Numbered from the stretch's first letter, positions 10,539 through 21,181 are shown. The stretch is 64,000 nucleotides of DNA from Leptolyngbyaceae cyanobacterium (GCA_965263355.1 CBDHHL010000056.1:800001-864000); one strand, 5' to 3'. Made by a program: numbers and translations. Notes: generated by a model from the letters alone, not told the origin.

Positions 10539-11231
10539 ATGAAAATAGCAGTCATTCCAGCTCGGGGAGGAAGTAAGCGAATTCCTCGTAAAAACATTAA
10601 ACTCTTCTGTGGTCAACCAATGATATCGTGGTCAATTCAAACCGCCCAGAACACGCACTTGTTTGATCATGTAATTGTTTCTACTGAAGATTCTGAAATT
10701 TCCGAGGTGGCTAAAAGTTTGGGGGCAGAAGTTCCATTTATGCGGCCCCACAATCTTGCTGACGATTATACAGGAACTACAGAAGTTATCGCCCATGCTA
10801 CGCAATGGATGCTTGATCAACGGTGGCCTGTGACAGCTGTTTGCTGTATTTATGCAACAGCACCGTTTATTCAAGTAGATGACATCAAGCAAGGGCTAGA
10901 TTATTTGGAATCAGGTAATTGGGAATATACCTTCTCAGCCACAGAATTTGCAGCACCTATCTTCCGATCATTTCAACAAACTCCAGAAGGAGAAATTAAA
11001 ATGTTTTTTCCAGAATATTTTTTGGTTCGGTCTCAGGACATACCTGTAGCGTTACATGACGCTGGGCAATTTTATTGGGGGCGACCCTCCGCATGGTTAC
11101 GTAGTAAACGTATTTTTGATCAGCATTCGACATGTGTTGTCATCCCGAAATGGCGCGTATGTGATATTGATACTGAAGAAGATTGGAAAAAAGCAGAAAT
11201 TATTGCTCCTGTTATCATGAAAAACATCTAA
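10539..11231 (+). CDS. pseF: Pseudaminic acid cytidylyltransferase
   Basis: IPARGGSKRIPRKNIK, RSQD..HDAGQFYWG, DIDTEEDW. Confidence 0.93.
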   Translation: MKIAVIPARGGSKRIPRKNIKLFCGQPMISWSIQTAQNTHLFDHVIVSTEDSEISEVAKSLGAEVPFMRPHNLADDYTGTTEVIAHATQWMLDQRWPVTAVCCIYATAPFIQVDDIKQGLDYLESGNWEYTFSATEFAAPIFRSFQQTPEGEIKMFFPEYFLVRSQDIPVALHDAGQFYWGRPSAWLRSKRIFDQHSTCVVIPKWRVCDIDTEEDWKKAEIIAPVIMKNI

Positions 11232-11251
11232 ACAAAAGCGAAGAAAGAGAC

Positions 11252-11875
11252 ATGGGAAATTTCACAACTGAGCAGGAATATTTTTGGGCTGGTGACTTTG
11301 GGAACGATTATGCTGCTAGAAATAGCTCAGACAAGTTGTTTTCCAGTAATATTTCACTGTTTTCTACTATCTTAAAGCACACGCATGATGTGAAATCTGT
11401 CATCGAATTTGGTGCAAATATTGGTCTAAACTTGAATGCAATCAAATATCTTTTACCACAAGTAGAGTTATCTGCAGTTGAAATCAATCAAAAGGCCAGT
11501 AAAAGCTTGCAGGCTAACAATATAAAAACATATGTACAATCTATTTTTAATTTCTCCCCAACTCAAAAATATGATTTTGTCTTAACCAAAGGGTTATTAA
11601 TTCATGTTAACCCAGAACAACTTCCTAAAATTTACCAAACCATATACAAGGCATGTAAACACTATATCTGTGTAGCCGAATATTATAATCCCACTCCTAT
11701 CGAGAAAACCTACCGCGGGCATGACAACAAGTTGTTTAAACGTGATTTTGCAGGAGACTTGTTAGATCAATTTAGTGACTTAAAGTTGTTAGATTATGGT
11801 TTTGTCTATCATCGAGACAATCATTTTCCACAAGATGACATAACTTGGTTCGTACTTGAAAAATCACTACCCTAA
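11252..11875 (+). CDS. Pseudaminic acid biosynthesis-associated SAM methylase
   Basis: TEQEYFWAGDFGNDY, EFGANIGLNL, KGLLIH, AEYYNP, LFKRDFAG, PQDDITWF. Confidence 0.85.
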   Translation: MGNFTTEQEYFWAGDFGNDYAARNSSDKLFSSNISLFSTILKHTHDVKSVIEFGANIGLNLNAIKYLLPQVELSAVEINQKASKSLQANNIKTYVQSIFNFSPTQKYDFVLTKGLLIHVNPEQLPKIYQTIYKACKHYICVAEYYNPTPIEKTYRGHDNKLFKRDFAGDLLDQFSDLKLLDYGFVYHRDNHFPQDDITWFVLEKSLP

Positions 11876-13368
11876 TGAAAATACTTATTCGAGCGGATGC
11901 TTCTTCTGAAATTGGGACTGGACATGTTATGCGTTGCATGGCCTTAGCTCAAGCATGGATCGAGCAAGGAGGGGGGGTAACTTTCCTAATGGTTCCTGGT
12001 ATTACCGCTTTGGAAACAAGGTTAAGAGCTGAGGGTATCCAGGTTGTGCATATGCCGTTCTTCTCAGGGAGCCAAGAAGATGTGCATCAAACCATTGTCC
12101 ATGCTAATTCTTTGAATATTACTTGGGTAGTGGTGGATGGCTATCAGTTTGGTGCTGACTATCAACAAGTAATTAAAAATGCTGGTCTGAAACTATTGTT
12201 GATGGATGATTATGGTCATGCAAAATACTATTGGGCAGATCTAGTACTCAATCAAAATATTTATGCTCATGAGCGTATTTATGCTAATCGAGACGCTTGT
12301 ACACAACTACTACTAGGAACTTCTTATGCATTGTTGAGGAAGGAGTTTTGGCCATGGCGAGACTGGTCTCGCAGGGTTCCAGCCGTAGCTTGCAAAATAT
12401 TAGTAACCTTAGGGGGAAGTGACCCCGATAACGTTACCCTCAATGTGATTCAAGCTTTGCTACAGGTTAAGGTTGATGGCTTGGAGGTGATAGTTGTTGT
12501 TGGGAGTGGTAATCCCCACTACGAGCAGTTGCAAAAATCTATTCAAGGCACTGAAATAGCAATTACACTGAAACACAATGTGAGCAATATGCCTGAGTTG
12601 ATGGCTTGGGCAGATTTAGCAGTTACGGCTGGAGGGAGCACCTGCTGGGAAATTGCGTTTATGGGATTGCCAAGCTTGGTAATCGTTTTGGCAGAGAATC
12701 AATGTGCGATCGCAGAGAAATTAGAGGCTATTGGTGCTGTAATAAACTTAGGGTGGCATACTAAATTGTCGCCTAATATGTGTCAGCTAGAAATTAATAG
12801 ACTAGCTAAAAATATAGATTTGCGAAGAGAGATTAGTCAGCACAATCGACAGCTGGTTGATGGAGAAGGTAGTGACAGAATACTTATGCATCTTCGACAT
12901 CAGAGACTACGCCTCAGGAATGTACATGAAGATGACTGTGAACTTCTTTGGCGATGGGCAAATGATTTGAGTGTCAGAAAAGCTGCATTCAAATCTGATT
13001 TCATTCCTTGGCAGGAACATTTACAGTGGTTCTATCTCAAGCTTCAAGACTCGAGTTGCTGCATTTATATCGCACTTGACAGACAGGATAATGCTGTTGG
13101 CCAAATACGATTCGATATTTATAATAGTCAACGTGCAGAAATAGATATTAGTCTTGATAAAAGCAAACGAGGGTTGGGCTATGGAGCTGAATTAATTAAG
13201 TTAGGTATTAATAGTTTTTTAGCTTATGCATCTGTACAAGCTGTTTATGCATCGATAAAAAAAAATAACCACCCATCAATTAGAGCCTTTGAAAAGGCTG
13301 GCTTTCAAAAAGACGATACCCAAAAGCATTTCCATGAGAAAGCTGTAATATATGTTTTTGAAGTTTAA
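11875..13368 (+). CDS. pseG: PseG UDP-sugar hydrolase fused to a C-terminal GNAT (PseH-like) acetyltransferase
   Basis: RADASSEIGTGHVMRC, TLGGSD, AGGSTCWE, LAENQ; GNAT part W.WAND..VR, RGLGYG, NHPSIRAFEKAGF. Confidence 0.88.
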   Translation: MKILIRADASSEIGTGHVMRCMALAQAWIEQGGGVTFLMVPGITALETRLRAEGIQVVHMPFFSGSQEDVHQTIVHANSLNITWVVVDGYQFGADYQQVIKNAGLKLLLMDDYGHAKYYWADLVLNQNIYAHERIYANRDACTQLLLGTSYALLRKEFWPWRDWSRRVPAVACKILVTLGGSDPDNVTLNVIQALLQVKVDGLEVIVVVGSGNPHYEQLQKSIQGTEIAITLKHNVSNMPELMAWADLAVTAGGSTCWEIAFMGLPSLVIVLAENQCAIAEKLEAIGAVINLGWHTKLSPNMCQLEINRLAKNIDLRREISQHNRQLVDGEGSDRILMHLRHQRLRLRNVHEDDCELLWRWANDLSVRKAAFKSDFIPWQEHLQWFYLKLQDSSCCIYIALDRQDNAVGQIRFDIYNSQRAEIDISLDKSKRGLGYGAELIKLGINSFLAYASVQAVYASIKKNNHPSIRAFEKAGFQKDDTQKHFHEKAVIYVFEV

Positions 13369-13624
13369 ATATGATGACTTTGATATTTTAATATAATGCA
13401 CGAAATTCTTCCCAAAAGAGAGCCTTTTTATTATTCCAAAAGAGAGTCTGAAGAGATCCGCTAAGTTCCAGATAGAACCATAAGAGAATAGTTTACTGGA
13501 TAGTAGAAAATAATCATTATCTAGTTTTATTTGAAATCAATGATGAAACCTATACTCTAAAGGAAGCTATATGTTCTAAAGGTAGAGAGACAATAATCCA
13601 TCTGGGTTTTAATGGAGTTTTTAT

Positions 13625-14320
13625 ATGAATTCTCAGTATATTGTGGTGGGAAGTAAATCTTGGAATCGAAAAGTGTTTGACCAGTGTCTGGTTGACCAGT
13701 CGGGGAGATGGACTTTTATTGATTCCCATGAAGCTCTAAATTTGGCCAAAATAGATAAAATTAAGCCTCGCTATATTTTTTTTCTCCACTGGTCTTGGAA
13801 AGTATCTAATGAGTTACTTGATAAATATGAATGTGTTTGCTTCCATATGACAGATGTTCCGTATGGAAGAGGAGGTAGTCCACTTCAGAATTTAATTGTT
13901 AGAGGACATAAAATCACCAAAATGACGGCTCTAAGAATGACACAAGAGCTTGATGGAGGTCCAGTGTACTATAAAGAGCCACTTTACTTAGGAGGGAATG
14001 CAGAGGAAATCTATATTCGTGCGAGTTATCTCTCTGCCAAGATAATAAAAAGGATTATTAAGGAACAACCGAACCCAATAGCTCAAACAGGAAAGATAAC
14101 CATCTTTAAGCGAAGACAACCTGACGAAAGTGAAATTTTAGGCATTGAATCACTTGATAGTTTGTATGATCATATACGAATGCTTGACGCAGAAGGCTAT
14201 CCCAAATCTTTTATCCAATATCAAGGCTTTCGATATGAGTTTAGTCGAGCAGTTTTGTATGATGGGCAAATTAAAGCCGATGTCACAATTACCCCTTTAG
14301 AAGAAGGAGATCCTGACTAA
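13625..14320 (+). CDS. Sugar N-formyltransferase (fmt-like)
   Basis: FFLHWSW, FHMTDVPYGRGGSPLQNLI, LDGGPVY, IRMLDAEGYP. Confidence 0.8.
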   Translation: MNSQYIVVGSKSWNRKVFDQCLVDQSGRWTFIDSHEALNLAKIDKIKPRYIFFLHWSWKVSNELLDKYECVCFHMTDVPYGRGGSPLQNLIVRGHKITKMTALRMTQELDGGPVYYKEPLYLGGNAEEIYIRASYLSAKIIKRIIKEQPNPIAQTGKITIFKRRQPDESEILGIESLDSLYDHIRMLDAEGYPKSFIQYQGFRYEFSRAVLYDGQIKADVTITPLEEGDPD

Positions 14321-15003
14321 TGAATGTGTTAGTTGTTGCCGCCCATCCAGATGATGAAGTTTTAGGCTGTGGCGCGACTATTGCAAAACATACTCAGCAA
14401 GGTGACTCTGTCTATATATTAATTCTTGCAGAAGGTGTTACTAGTCGAGGTGAGCAGCATAATCGTAAGATGTGGCATTCAGAGCTTTCTGCGGTAACGA
14501 AAGCTGCTCAACGGGCAAGTGAAATTTTGGGTGCTACTTCTGTAGCTCTCAAAGGATTTCCAGATAATCGGATGGATGGATGTGAACTACTTGACATAAT
14601 CAAAATAGTGGAAGAGAGCATTTCTAAATATCAACCAGAAGTTATTTATACCCACCATATTGGTGATGTAAATATTGATCATCAATATACTCATAGAGCA
14701 GTTGTAACGGCGTGTCGACCGGTGCCACACCATCCAGTCAAAACATTATTATTTTTTGAAGTTCCATCTAGTACTGAGTGGCAACCACCAGGTTCGTCTT
14801 CAAGTTTTGTTCCTAATTGGTATGTAGACATTGGAAGAACGCTAGAACTGAAATGTCAAGCACTAGCAGCTTATGCTGCTGAGATGCGACAGTGGCCTCA
14901 TCCTAGATCTATAGAAGCTGTCAACTATCTTGCAAAATGGCGAGGTTGTTGTGTGGGCATAGAAGCTGCTGAAGCCTTCATTTTAGGAAGACATCTAAGC
15001 TAA
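14320..15003 (+). CDS. PIG-L/LmbE family de-N-acetylase
   Basis: VAAHPDDEVLG, THHIGDVNIDH, EVPSSTEW, AEAF. Confidence 0.9.
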   Translation: MNVLVVAAHPDDEVLGCGATIAKHTQQGDSVYILILAEGVTSRGEQHNRKMWHSELSAVTKAAQRASEILGATSVALKGFPDNRMDGCELLDIIKIVEESISKYQPEVIYTHHIGDVNIDHQYTHRAVVTACRPVPHHPVKTLLFFEVPSSTEWQPPGSSSSFVPNWYVDIGRTLELKCQALAAYAAEMRQWPHPRSIEAVNYLAKWRGCCVGIEAAEAFILGRHLS

Positions 15004-15051
15004 AGCCTCTTGTTAGAAGATACTTGAAATGTTTGGCGTTCTACCCCTCAT

Positions 15052-16110
15052 ATGGAAGTTATGCAAAATATTAAAATTGCCCACCGTGCGATTGGTGCAA
15101 GTCAACCTCCATTTATAGTTGCCGAAATGTCTGGCAATCATAATCAGTCTTTGGAACGGGCATTAGAAATTGTTGAGGCAGCTGCAAAGGCGGGCGTTTA
15201 CGGCCTTAAGCTTCAAACATATACTGCCGACACCATGACTCTTGATATTAATAAAGGTGAATTTCTTATTACTGATCCTAACAGCTTATGGTGTGGGAAC
15301 TCACTTTATAAACTCTATCAAAAAGCTCATACCCCTTGGGAATGGCATCAACCTATCTTCAAAAAATGTAAAGAGCTTGGCATAGTTGGCTTTAGCACTC
15401 CCTTTGATAAGACCTCCGTCGATTTTCTGGAATCCTTAGATGTGCCTTGTTATAAGATCGCATCTTTTGAAAATACTGATTTGCCGTTGATTCGTAAAGT
15501 CGCTGGGACAGGCAAGCCGATGATTATATCTACAGGAATGGCTACGGCTGCTGAACTTGACGAAACTGTCCGCACTGCTCATGAAGCAGGTTGTCAAGAT
15601 CTCATTCTGCTTAAATGTACCAGCACTTATCCTGCTAGCCCTGACAATACTAATATTCTTACCATTCCTCATATGCGCGAATTATTTAACGTCCAAGTAG
15701 GGGTATCAGACCATACCTTAGGCATAGGTGTCAGTATTGCCAGTGTCGCTCTCGGAGCAACCTTTATCGAAAAACACTTCACTCTTAACCGGAGTCATGG
15801 AGGTGTAGATTCAGCTTTTTCTATGGAACCCTCTGAAATGAGGCAGCTAGTACTGGAAACTGAAAGAGCTTGGCAGGCATTAGGTAGGATTAAGTATGGC
15901 CCCACAGAAGCTGAAAAACAATCTCTAACATTTCGCCGCAGTTTATATGCAGCTGAAAATATCAAAGCAGGAGAAGTATTTAATACTCATAATATTAGGG
16001 CGATTAGACCAGGCTATGGATTAGCAACAAAGTACTTTGAAAAAATCATAGGAAAAAAAGCGAAAACTGACATTAAAAAAGGAACCGCTTTAAGTTGGGA
16101 TTTATTTTAG
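15052..16110 (+). CDS. pseI: Pseudaminic acid synthase
   Basis: AEMSGNHNQS, KLQTYTADT, KIASFE, SDHTLG, IEKHFTL, C-terminal SAF domain IRPGYGL. Confidence 0.95.
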   Translation: MEVMQNIKIAHRAIGASQPPFIVAEMSGNHNQSLERALEIVEAAAKAGVYGLKLQTYTADTMTLDINKGEFLITDPNSLWCGNSLYKLYQKAHTPWEWHQPIFKKCKELGIVGFSTPFDKTSVDFLESLDVPCYKIASFENTDLPLIRKVAGTGKPMIISTGMATAAELDETVRTAHEAGCQDLILLKCTSTYPASPDNTNILTIPHMRELFNVQVGVSDHTLGIGVSIASVALGATFIEKHFTLNRSHGGVDSAFSMEPSEMRQLVLETERAWQALGRIKYGPTEAEKQSLTFRRSLYAAENIKAGEVFNTHNIRAIRPGYGLATKYFEKIIGKKAKTDIKKGTALSWDLF

Positions 16111-16141
16111 TGATAAAGATAAATTCAACCCTATCAAAAAT

Positions 16142-17578
16142 ATGGATATTTTAATCATTGAGTCATTTTCCTGGAATCCGCATATAGAGACCGCTGGTGA
16201 AATTGCCATCACACGAACAACTGCAGGTTTAAAAACTAGCTTTTGTTTTATTGATGTTGATAATCCTGATGATTGCCGGTTTACTCACATCAATTGGTTT
16301 AAAAAGATTTTCTTTATAAAAAAACGAGAAAGGCTTTCCCAATTAAAAAATATTTTAAGAAAATTTGGAGTAACTATTGTCCCAGAACTCCCCTTATCTG
16401 AAAGAGTAAAGTTAGAAATAGATAGCTTCTCACAAAACTTTCCTAAAAATTTAGAAGAACTGAAGAACTATAAGTATAAAGATGCTGAATTAGGCCTAGC
16501 TACAACTTCTTCGCTAATAACTAAAACCGGAGCTTTGACCCCTGACCTCAGTCAATATCTGACACTTATACAAAGATACTTACATTCCTCTGCAACTGTC
16601 TATGAAAGAAGTCAAATACTATTTTCAACCTATAAGCCTCGAAAAATCATCTCTTTCAATGGGCGTTTTGCTTGTGCAAAGGCAGTTTTTGAAGCTGCTA
16701 AACACCTCAATATTGATATTGAATATCATGAGCGTGGTGCTACCCAGAATCAATATGAAGTATTCCAGAAGCAACCCCATGATTTTAAATACATACGCCA
16801 TCAGATAAAAAACTATTGGCAAGTAGCCGATATAAATAAAAGAGACATAGCTCATGATTTCTATCAACGCAGACGGCAAGGAGATGGCATTGGTTGGAAA
16901 AGCTTTACACAACATCAACAGAAAGGCTTAGCACCAAAACCTTTAGTTAAATATCGTCAGATAATATACTACTCATCAAGCGATGATGAATTTGCAGCTG
17001 TTGGCGATTTAGTTAAGAATCCACTTTTTCCAAACCAACGGGAAGCTATTAAATTTTTAATAAACTGGATTGACCAACAGGATAACTGCCAACTGACTAT
17101 TAGGGTTCATCCCCACCTCCAGAAAAAATCTGTTAAGGACCGGAATTGGTGGAATTCTTTGGAGGGAAAAAACATTAATGTAATAGCTTCTGACTCAGAA
17201 GTTGATTCCTATGCGTTGATAGCGTCAGCTGATATTGTTCTAGTTTATAACTCAACGATTGGTGTTGAAGCGACATATTGGGGTAAACCTTCAATACTTT
17301 TAGGAGATAGTTTATATTCTGGATTAGACTGCGTTTATGAGCCTGAATGTCTTACAGAATTGTCCACATTATTGGAACAAAATGTGCTCTTTGCACTCCC
17401 ACAAGAAAATTGCTTGCCCTACGGTTATTACTTTCTACGTAGAGGTATTGAATACAGGTATTACAAACCATATGGTTTATTTTCCGGTACTTTTTTAGGT
17501 CAATATTTAGGACCAGAACCTAGGTACTATAGATTTCTAAAATCAGTCAAGCGAAGAATACTATCAGAAGAAGCTTGA
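16142..17578 (+). CDS. KpsS/Capsule_synth-like protein, candidate nonulosonic acid (Pse) transferase
   Basis: FNGRF, YHERG, IRVHPH and YNSTIGVEA..GKP motifs; directly after pseI. Confidence 0.55.
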   Translation: MDILIIESFSWNPHIETAGEIAITRTTAGLKTSFCFIDVDNPDDCRFTHINWFKKIFFIKKRERLSQLKNILRKFGVTIVPELPLSERVKLEIDSFSQNFPKNLEELKNYKYKDAELGLATTSSLITKTGALTPDLSQYLTLIQRYLHSSATVYERSQILFSTYKPRKIISFNGRFACAKAVFEAAKHLNIDIEYHERGATQNQYEVFQKQPHDFKYIRHQIKNYWQVADINKRDIAHDFYQRRRQGDGIGWKSFTQHQQKGLAPKPLVKYRQIIYYSSSDDEFAAVGDLVKNPLFPNQREAIKFLINWIDQQDNCQLTIRVHPHLQKKSVKDRNWWNSLEGKNINVIASDSEVDSYALIASADIVLVYNSTIGVEATYWGKPSILLGDSLYSGLDCVYEPECLTELSTLLEQNVLFALPQENCLPYGYYFLRRGIEYRYYKPYGLFSGTFLGQYLGPEPRYYRFLKSVKRRILSEEA

Positions 17579-17725
17579 GCGACTTCAATGAGATTCGGAT
17601 CAATGCATGATTATAATTCCAAACATTAGTTACTATTCAAGATAATCCAGTATTTAGCCTTCCTAAAATACAATTAAACTGTAAATTGTAAAGCTGAGTT
17701 TTTGCTACTCCTCAAATTTCCTAGT

Positions 17726-18736
17726 ATGGAATTATCAGAATATAAGCCACTAGTCAGCATTATTATAGTCAATTATAATTATCATCAATTTTTAGCTCAG
17801 GCTGTAGATAGTGCATTACAGCAAAAATATAACAATATAGAAGTTATTATTGTAGACGATGGATCAACAGATACTTCTGCTGAAATAATATCTAACTATG
17901 TTGGTAAACTAATTACCTTAAAGAAACAAAATGGTGGCCAGGCTTCAGCGATGAACCTTGGATTTGCAGTCAGTCGGGGTGATTTGATCCTTTTTTTAGA
18001 TGCTGATGATTTTTTGTTTCCAAATGCGATAATTCAATTTCTAAAGAGTATACCGGCCCAAAAAAATATTTCAAAAGTTCATGCACCTCTATTAGTAGCT
18101 GATTCAGCAGGTAATATATCTACCCAAAAAGTTCCCAAACAGCCGCTAGATGCTGGTGACTTGAGGGATCATCTATTAAAACATGGTCCTGAAAGTTATG
18201 TGTGTTCACCTACTTCAGGCAATCTGTGGACACGCCATTTTCTGAAACAAGCTTTACCAATACCTCATAAGATATATAAAACGTCTGCTGATTCCTATTT
18301 ATTTACTCTGTCACCACTATTTGGTGAGACTTTACAACTAGAAAGACCTATTGGTATCTATCGAGTACATGGGAATAACGCCTATTGGAATTCAACAATT
18401 CAAGCTCAAGATTTACGGACTGACGCATATCGCTATTTATCTAGGGTTAACACGCTTCGCTATTTTGCAAAAGCATTAAATTTATCGCCAAAGTCTACTT
18501 CTTGGAAACTAGGTAATCGTTACTATTTGGCTAGAATAGTCTTACTTGCAAGGTTACAACATCGAACGTTATCCCCTAGATTTCTTCTTGCTTGTTTACA
18601 AGCTAGCTTAGTTGCCCCCATTGCTTATCTAAAGCGATTGGGATGGGTTATCTGGTTCTTCGCTATATGGATTTCTCCAATACGTTTTATCCCAAATATA
18701 GCTAAACCTTTTATCAAATTAAAAACACGTCTCTAA
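17726..18736 (+). CDS. Glycosyltransferase family 2
   Basis: VSIIIVNYNY, VDDGSTD, NGGQASAMN, FLDADD. Confidence 0.92.
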   Translation: MELSEYKPLVSIIIVNYNYHQFLAQAVDSALQQKYNNIEVIIVDDGSTDTSAEIISNYVGKLITLKKQNGGQASAMNLGFAVSRGDLILFLDADDFLFPNAIIQFLKSIPAQKNISKVHAPLLVADSAGNISTQKVPKQPLDAGDLRDHLLKHGPESYVCSPTSGNLWTRHFLKQALPIPHKIYKTSADSYLFTLSPLFGETLQLERPIGIYRVHGNNAYWNSTIQAQDLRTDAYRYLSRVNTLRYFAKALNLSPKSTSWKLGNRYYLARIVLLARLQHRTLSPRFLLACLQASLVAPIAYLKRLGWVIWFFAIWISPIRFIPNIAKPFIKLKTRL

Positions 18737-18750
18737 AGGTTCTTAATTCA

Positions 18751-19983
18751 ATGCGTATTGCCTTTTTACTACGCAAATTCCCTGTTATTTCAGAGACCTT
18801 TATAATTAACCAAATCGTCGGTTTAATCAAACAAGGTCATGAGGTAGATATATATGCGATTTATCGAGGCACTGATGTTAATCATCAGTTATATCAGGAC
18901 TACCATTTAGTAAAACACACTACCTATGCTCCTGATGTACCCCTCAATCCTGGCAAACGAGTTTTGAAGGTTTTTCTATTACTTCTAAAATATATAAAAC
19001 ATTCGCAGAAACTCTTACGGGGGTTAGATTTTTTTCATTTTAAGCGTCAAGCTTTTTCCTTATATCTTATTTATCTAGGTATCATTTTCTTGAAAAAACC
19101 AAAAGTATATGACATCATTCAATGCCATTTTGGCCTTGTGGGTTTGCTTGGGTGTGACCTAAGAAGTCTAGGGTTTTTAGATGGTAAATTAGTAACATCT
19201 TTTCATGGAATGGATCTAAATACCTATCCTCGAAAGCATGGTTTAGATGTGTATGAGCGTCTATTTCAAAAAGGTAATTTATTTACTGCAAATAGTCAGT
19301 TTTCAGTAAATAAGCTTCGGACTTTAGGATGTCCGCAAAGGCTGATTCGTAAAGTCCCTATGGGAGTGAATGTTTCTAAATTTACCTACTGTGCACCTGA
19401 CATGAAAGACAACGATAGAATTAATGTTATCTCAGTAGGACGGCTTGTAGAGTGTAAGGGGCTGCAATACGGTATCCAGGCTATTGCTAGTCTGAAATCT
19501 CGATATCCTAACTTGTACTATCAAATTATCGGTGATGGTCCGTTATTTAACCAACTCCAAATGCTAATCTACGACCTTGAGGCAGATGAATATATTCATC
19601 TGCTAGGTAAGCAGCCGCAAGAGGTGGTTCAAAAGAACTATCAAGAATCCCATTTTTTGCTTTTTCCCAGTGTTGTCGACGATGAAGGGGCAGAGGAAGG
19701 TCAAGGGCTAGTCATTCAAGAGGCTCAAGCTTCGGGCTTACCTGTGATTGCAACAAATATAGGCGGAATTGTAGACGGCCTTATTGATGGAGTGACGGGT
19801 TTTTTGGTTCCTCCAGGAAATCATCAAGCATTAGCTGAGCGCTTAAGTTACCTATGCGATAATCCGAAAATATGGAAGCAATTTGCATATCAGGGGCGAA
19901 CTTTCGTAGAAGAGAATTTTAATCTAGAGACATTAAACAAATATTTGGAATCTCAGTATCAGGAAATATGTGGCTATGACTAA
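18751..19983 (+). CDS. Glycosyltransferase family 4 (WcaL-like)
   Basis: FPVISETFI, SFHGMD, VGRLVECKG, EGQGLVIQEAQASGLPV. Confidence 0.9.
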   Translation: MRIAFLLRKFPVISETFIINQIVGLIKQGHEVDIYAIYRGTDVNHQLYQDYHLVKHTTYAPDVPLNPGKRVLKVFLLLLKYIKHSQKLLRGLDFFHFKRQAFSLYLIYLGIIFLKKPKVYDIIQCHFGLVGLLGCDLRSLGFLDGKLVTSFHGMDLNTYPRKHGLDVYERLFQKGNLFTANSQFSVNKLRTLGCPQRLIRKVPMGVNVSKFTYCAPDMKDNDRINVISVGRLVECKGLQYGIQAIASLKSRYPNLYYQIIGDGPLFNQLQMLIYDLEADEYIHLLGKQPQEVVQKNYQESHFLLFPSVVDDEGAEEGQGLVIQEAQASGLPVIATNIGGIVDGLIDGVTGFLVPPGNHQALAERLSYLCDNPKIWKQFAYQGRTFVEENFNLETLNKYLESQYQEICGYD

Positions 19984-21181
19984 ACCACTAAATGTTTTAA
20001 TGGCTCACAATTATTATCAAAATAGTGGTGGGGAAGATGTTTCCATGGCTGCTGAAATAGAAGTTTTACAGCAAGCAGGCCATCAAGTAAAGCTATTGGA
20101 ATGGAGAAATGACAGTATTACAGCGATGAACAAGTTTGAGAAACTTGGTCTCTTTTGGAAAACGACTTGGAATATAGGTTCCAAGAGACGCGTTTATCAA
20201 ACACTCAAAAGTTTTAATGCTGATTTATTCCATGGACAAAACCTGTTTCCATTAGCGTCTCCTTCTGTATATCAGGCGGCACGTCGATTAGAAGTACCTG
20301 TAATTCAGCATTTGCGTAATTTTCGCTTAGCGTGCTTAAATGCCTACTTATATCGTCAGGATCAGGTTTGTGAGGATTGTGTTGGTCATAATCCCTGGCG
20401 TGGAGTAATAAGACGTTGTTATCGTGGTTCTTTGCCAGCTTCGATCAGCTTATGGCAAATGTTAACAATTCACCGTTGGCGTCAAACTTGGCGACAAGAT
20501 GTGGATGTGTTTATTACGCCTAGTCGTTTTGCAGCCATTAAGTTGATAGAAGTTGGTGTTCCGGAATATAAGCTTCATGTAAAACCTAACTTTATTGCTG
20601 ATCCGATATCTCCTGGAGGGGATATTCCTCCTCATCCCGAAACACCAGTTTTTATTTTTGCAGGTCGATTATCGGATGAAAAAGGTATTTTATCTCTTTT
20701 GAAAGCTTGGTGGTTAGTACAACAACCTGATTGGCAGTTAATGATTTTGGGAGATGGGCCAGAACGTTTAAAACTCACACAATTTTGCCAGGAGAAAGAG
20801 TTGAAGAATGTCTCTTTTCCAGGTCGATTATCTAATCACCAGGTTTTGGTAAGATTTCAGCATGCAAGTCTGATTTTGGTTCCTTCCTTATGGTACGAGA
20901 CTTTTGGAAGAGTTGTTGTAGAAGCCTTTGCCTGTGGCAGAGCTGCAATGGTCTCTGATTTAGGGGCTTTAGCCGAACTTGTTGATGAGGATGTTACTGG
21001 CTGTAAGGTCCCACCCGGAGATATACAAGCTTGGGCAGAGCGTATTCGATGGTGTGGTAATCATTTAATGGAACTTAAAAAATGGGGGCAAGCTGCAAGA
21101 AATATCTATAAGAAATTATTTACTCCTGAGGTAAATTACAAGCAACTTATGAGGATTTATGCTGAGGCGCTAGATGGGTAG
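19970..21181 (+). CDS. Glycosyltransferase family 4
   Basis: HNYYQNSGGED, AGRLSDEKG, WYETFGRVVVEAFACG. Confidence 0.9.
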   Translation: MAMTKPLNVLMAHNYYQNSGGEDVSMAAEIEVLQQAGHQVKLLEWRNDSITAMNKFEKLGLFWKTTWNIGSKRRVYQTLKSFNADLFHGQNLFPLASPSVYQAARRLEVPVIQHLRNFRLACLNAYLYRQDQVCEDCVGHNPWRGVIRRCYRGSLPASISLWQMLTIHRWRQTWRQDVDVFITPSRFAAIKLIEVGVPEYKLHVKPNFIADPISPGGDIPPHPETPVFIFAGRLSDEKGILSLLKAWWLVQQPDWQLMILGDGPERLKLTQFCQEKELKNVSFPGRLSNHQVLVRFQHASLILVPSLWYETFGRVVVEAFACGRAAMVSDLGALAELVDEDVTGCKVPPGDIQAWAERIRWCGNHLMELKKWGQAARNIYKKLFTPEVNYKQLMRIYAEALDG

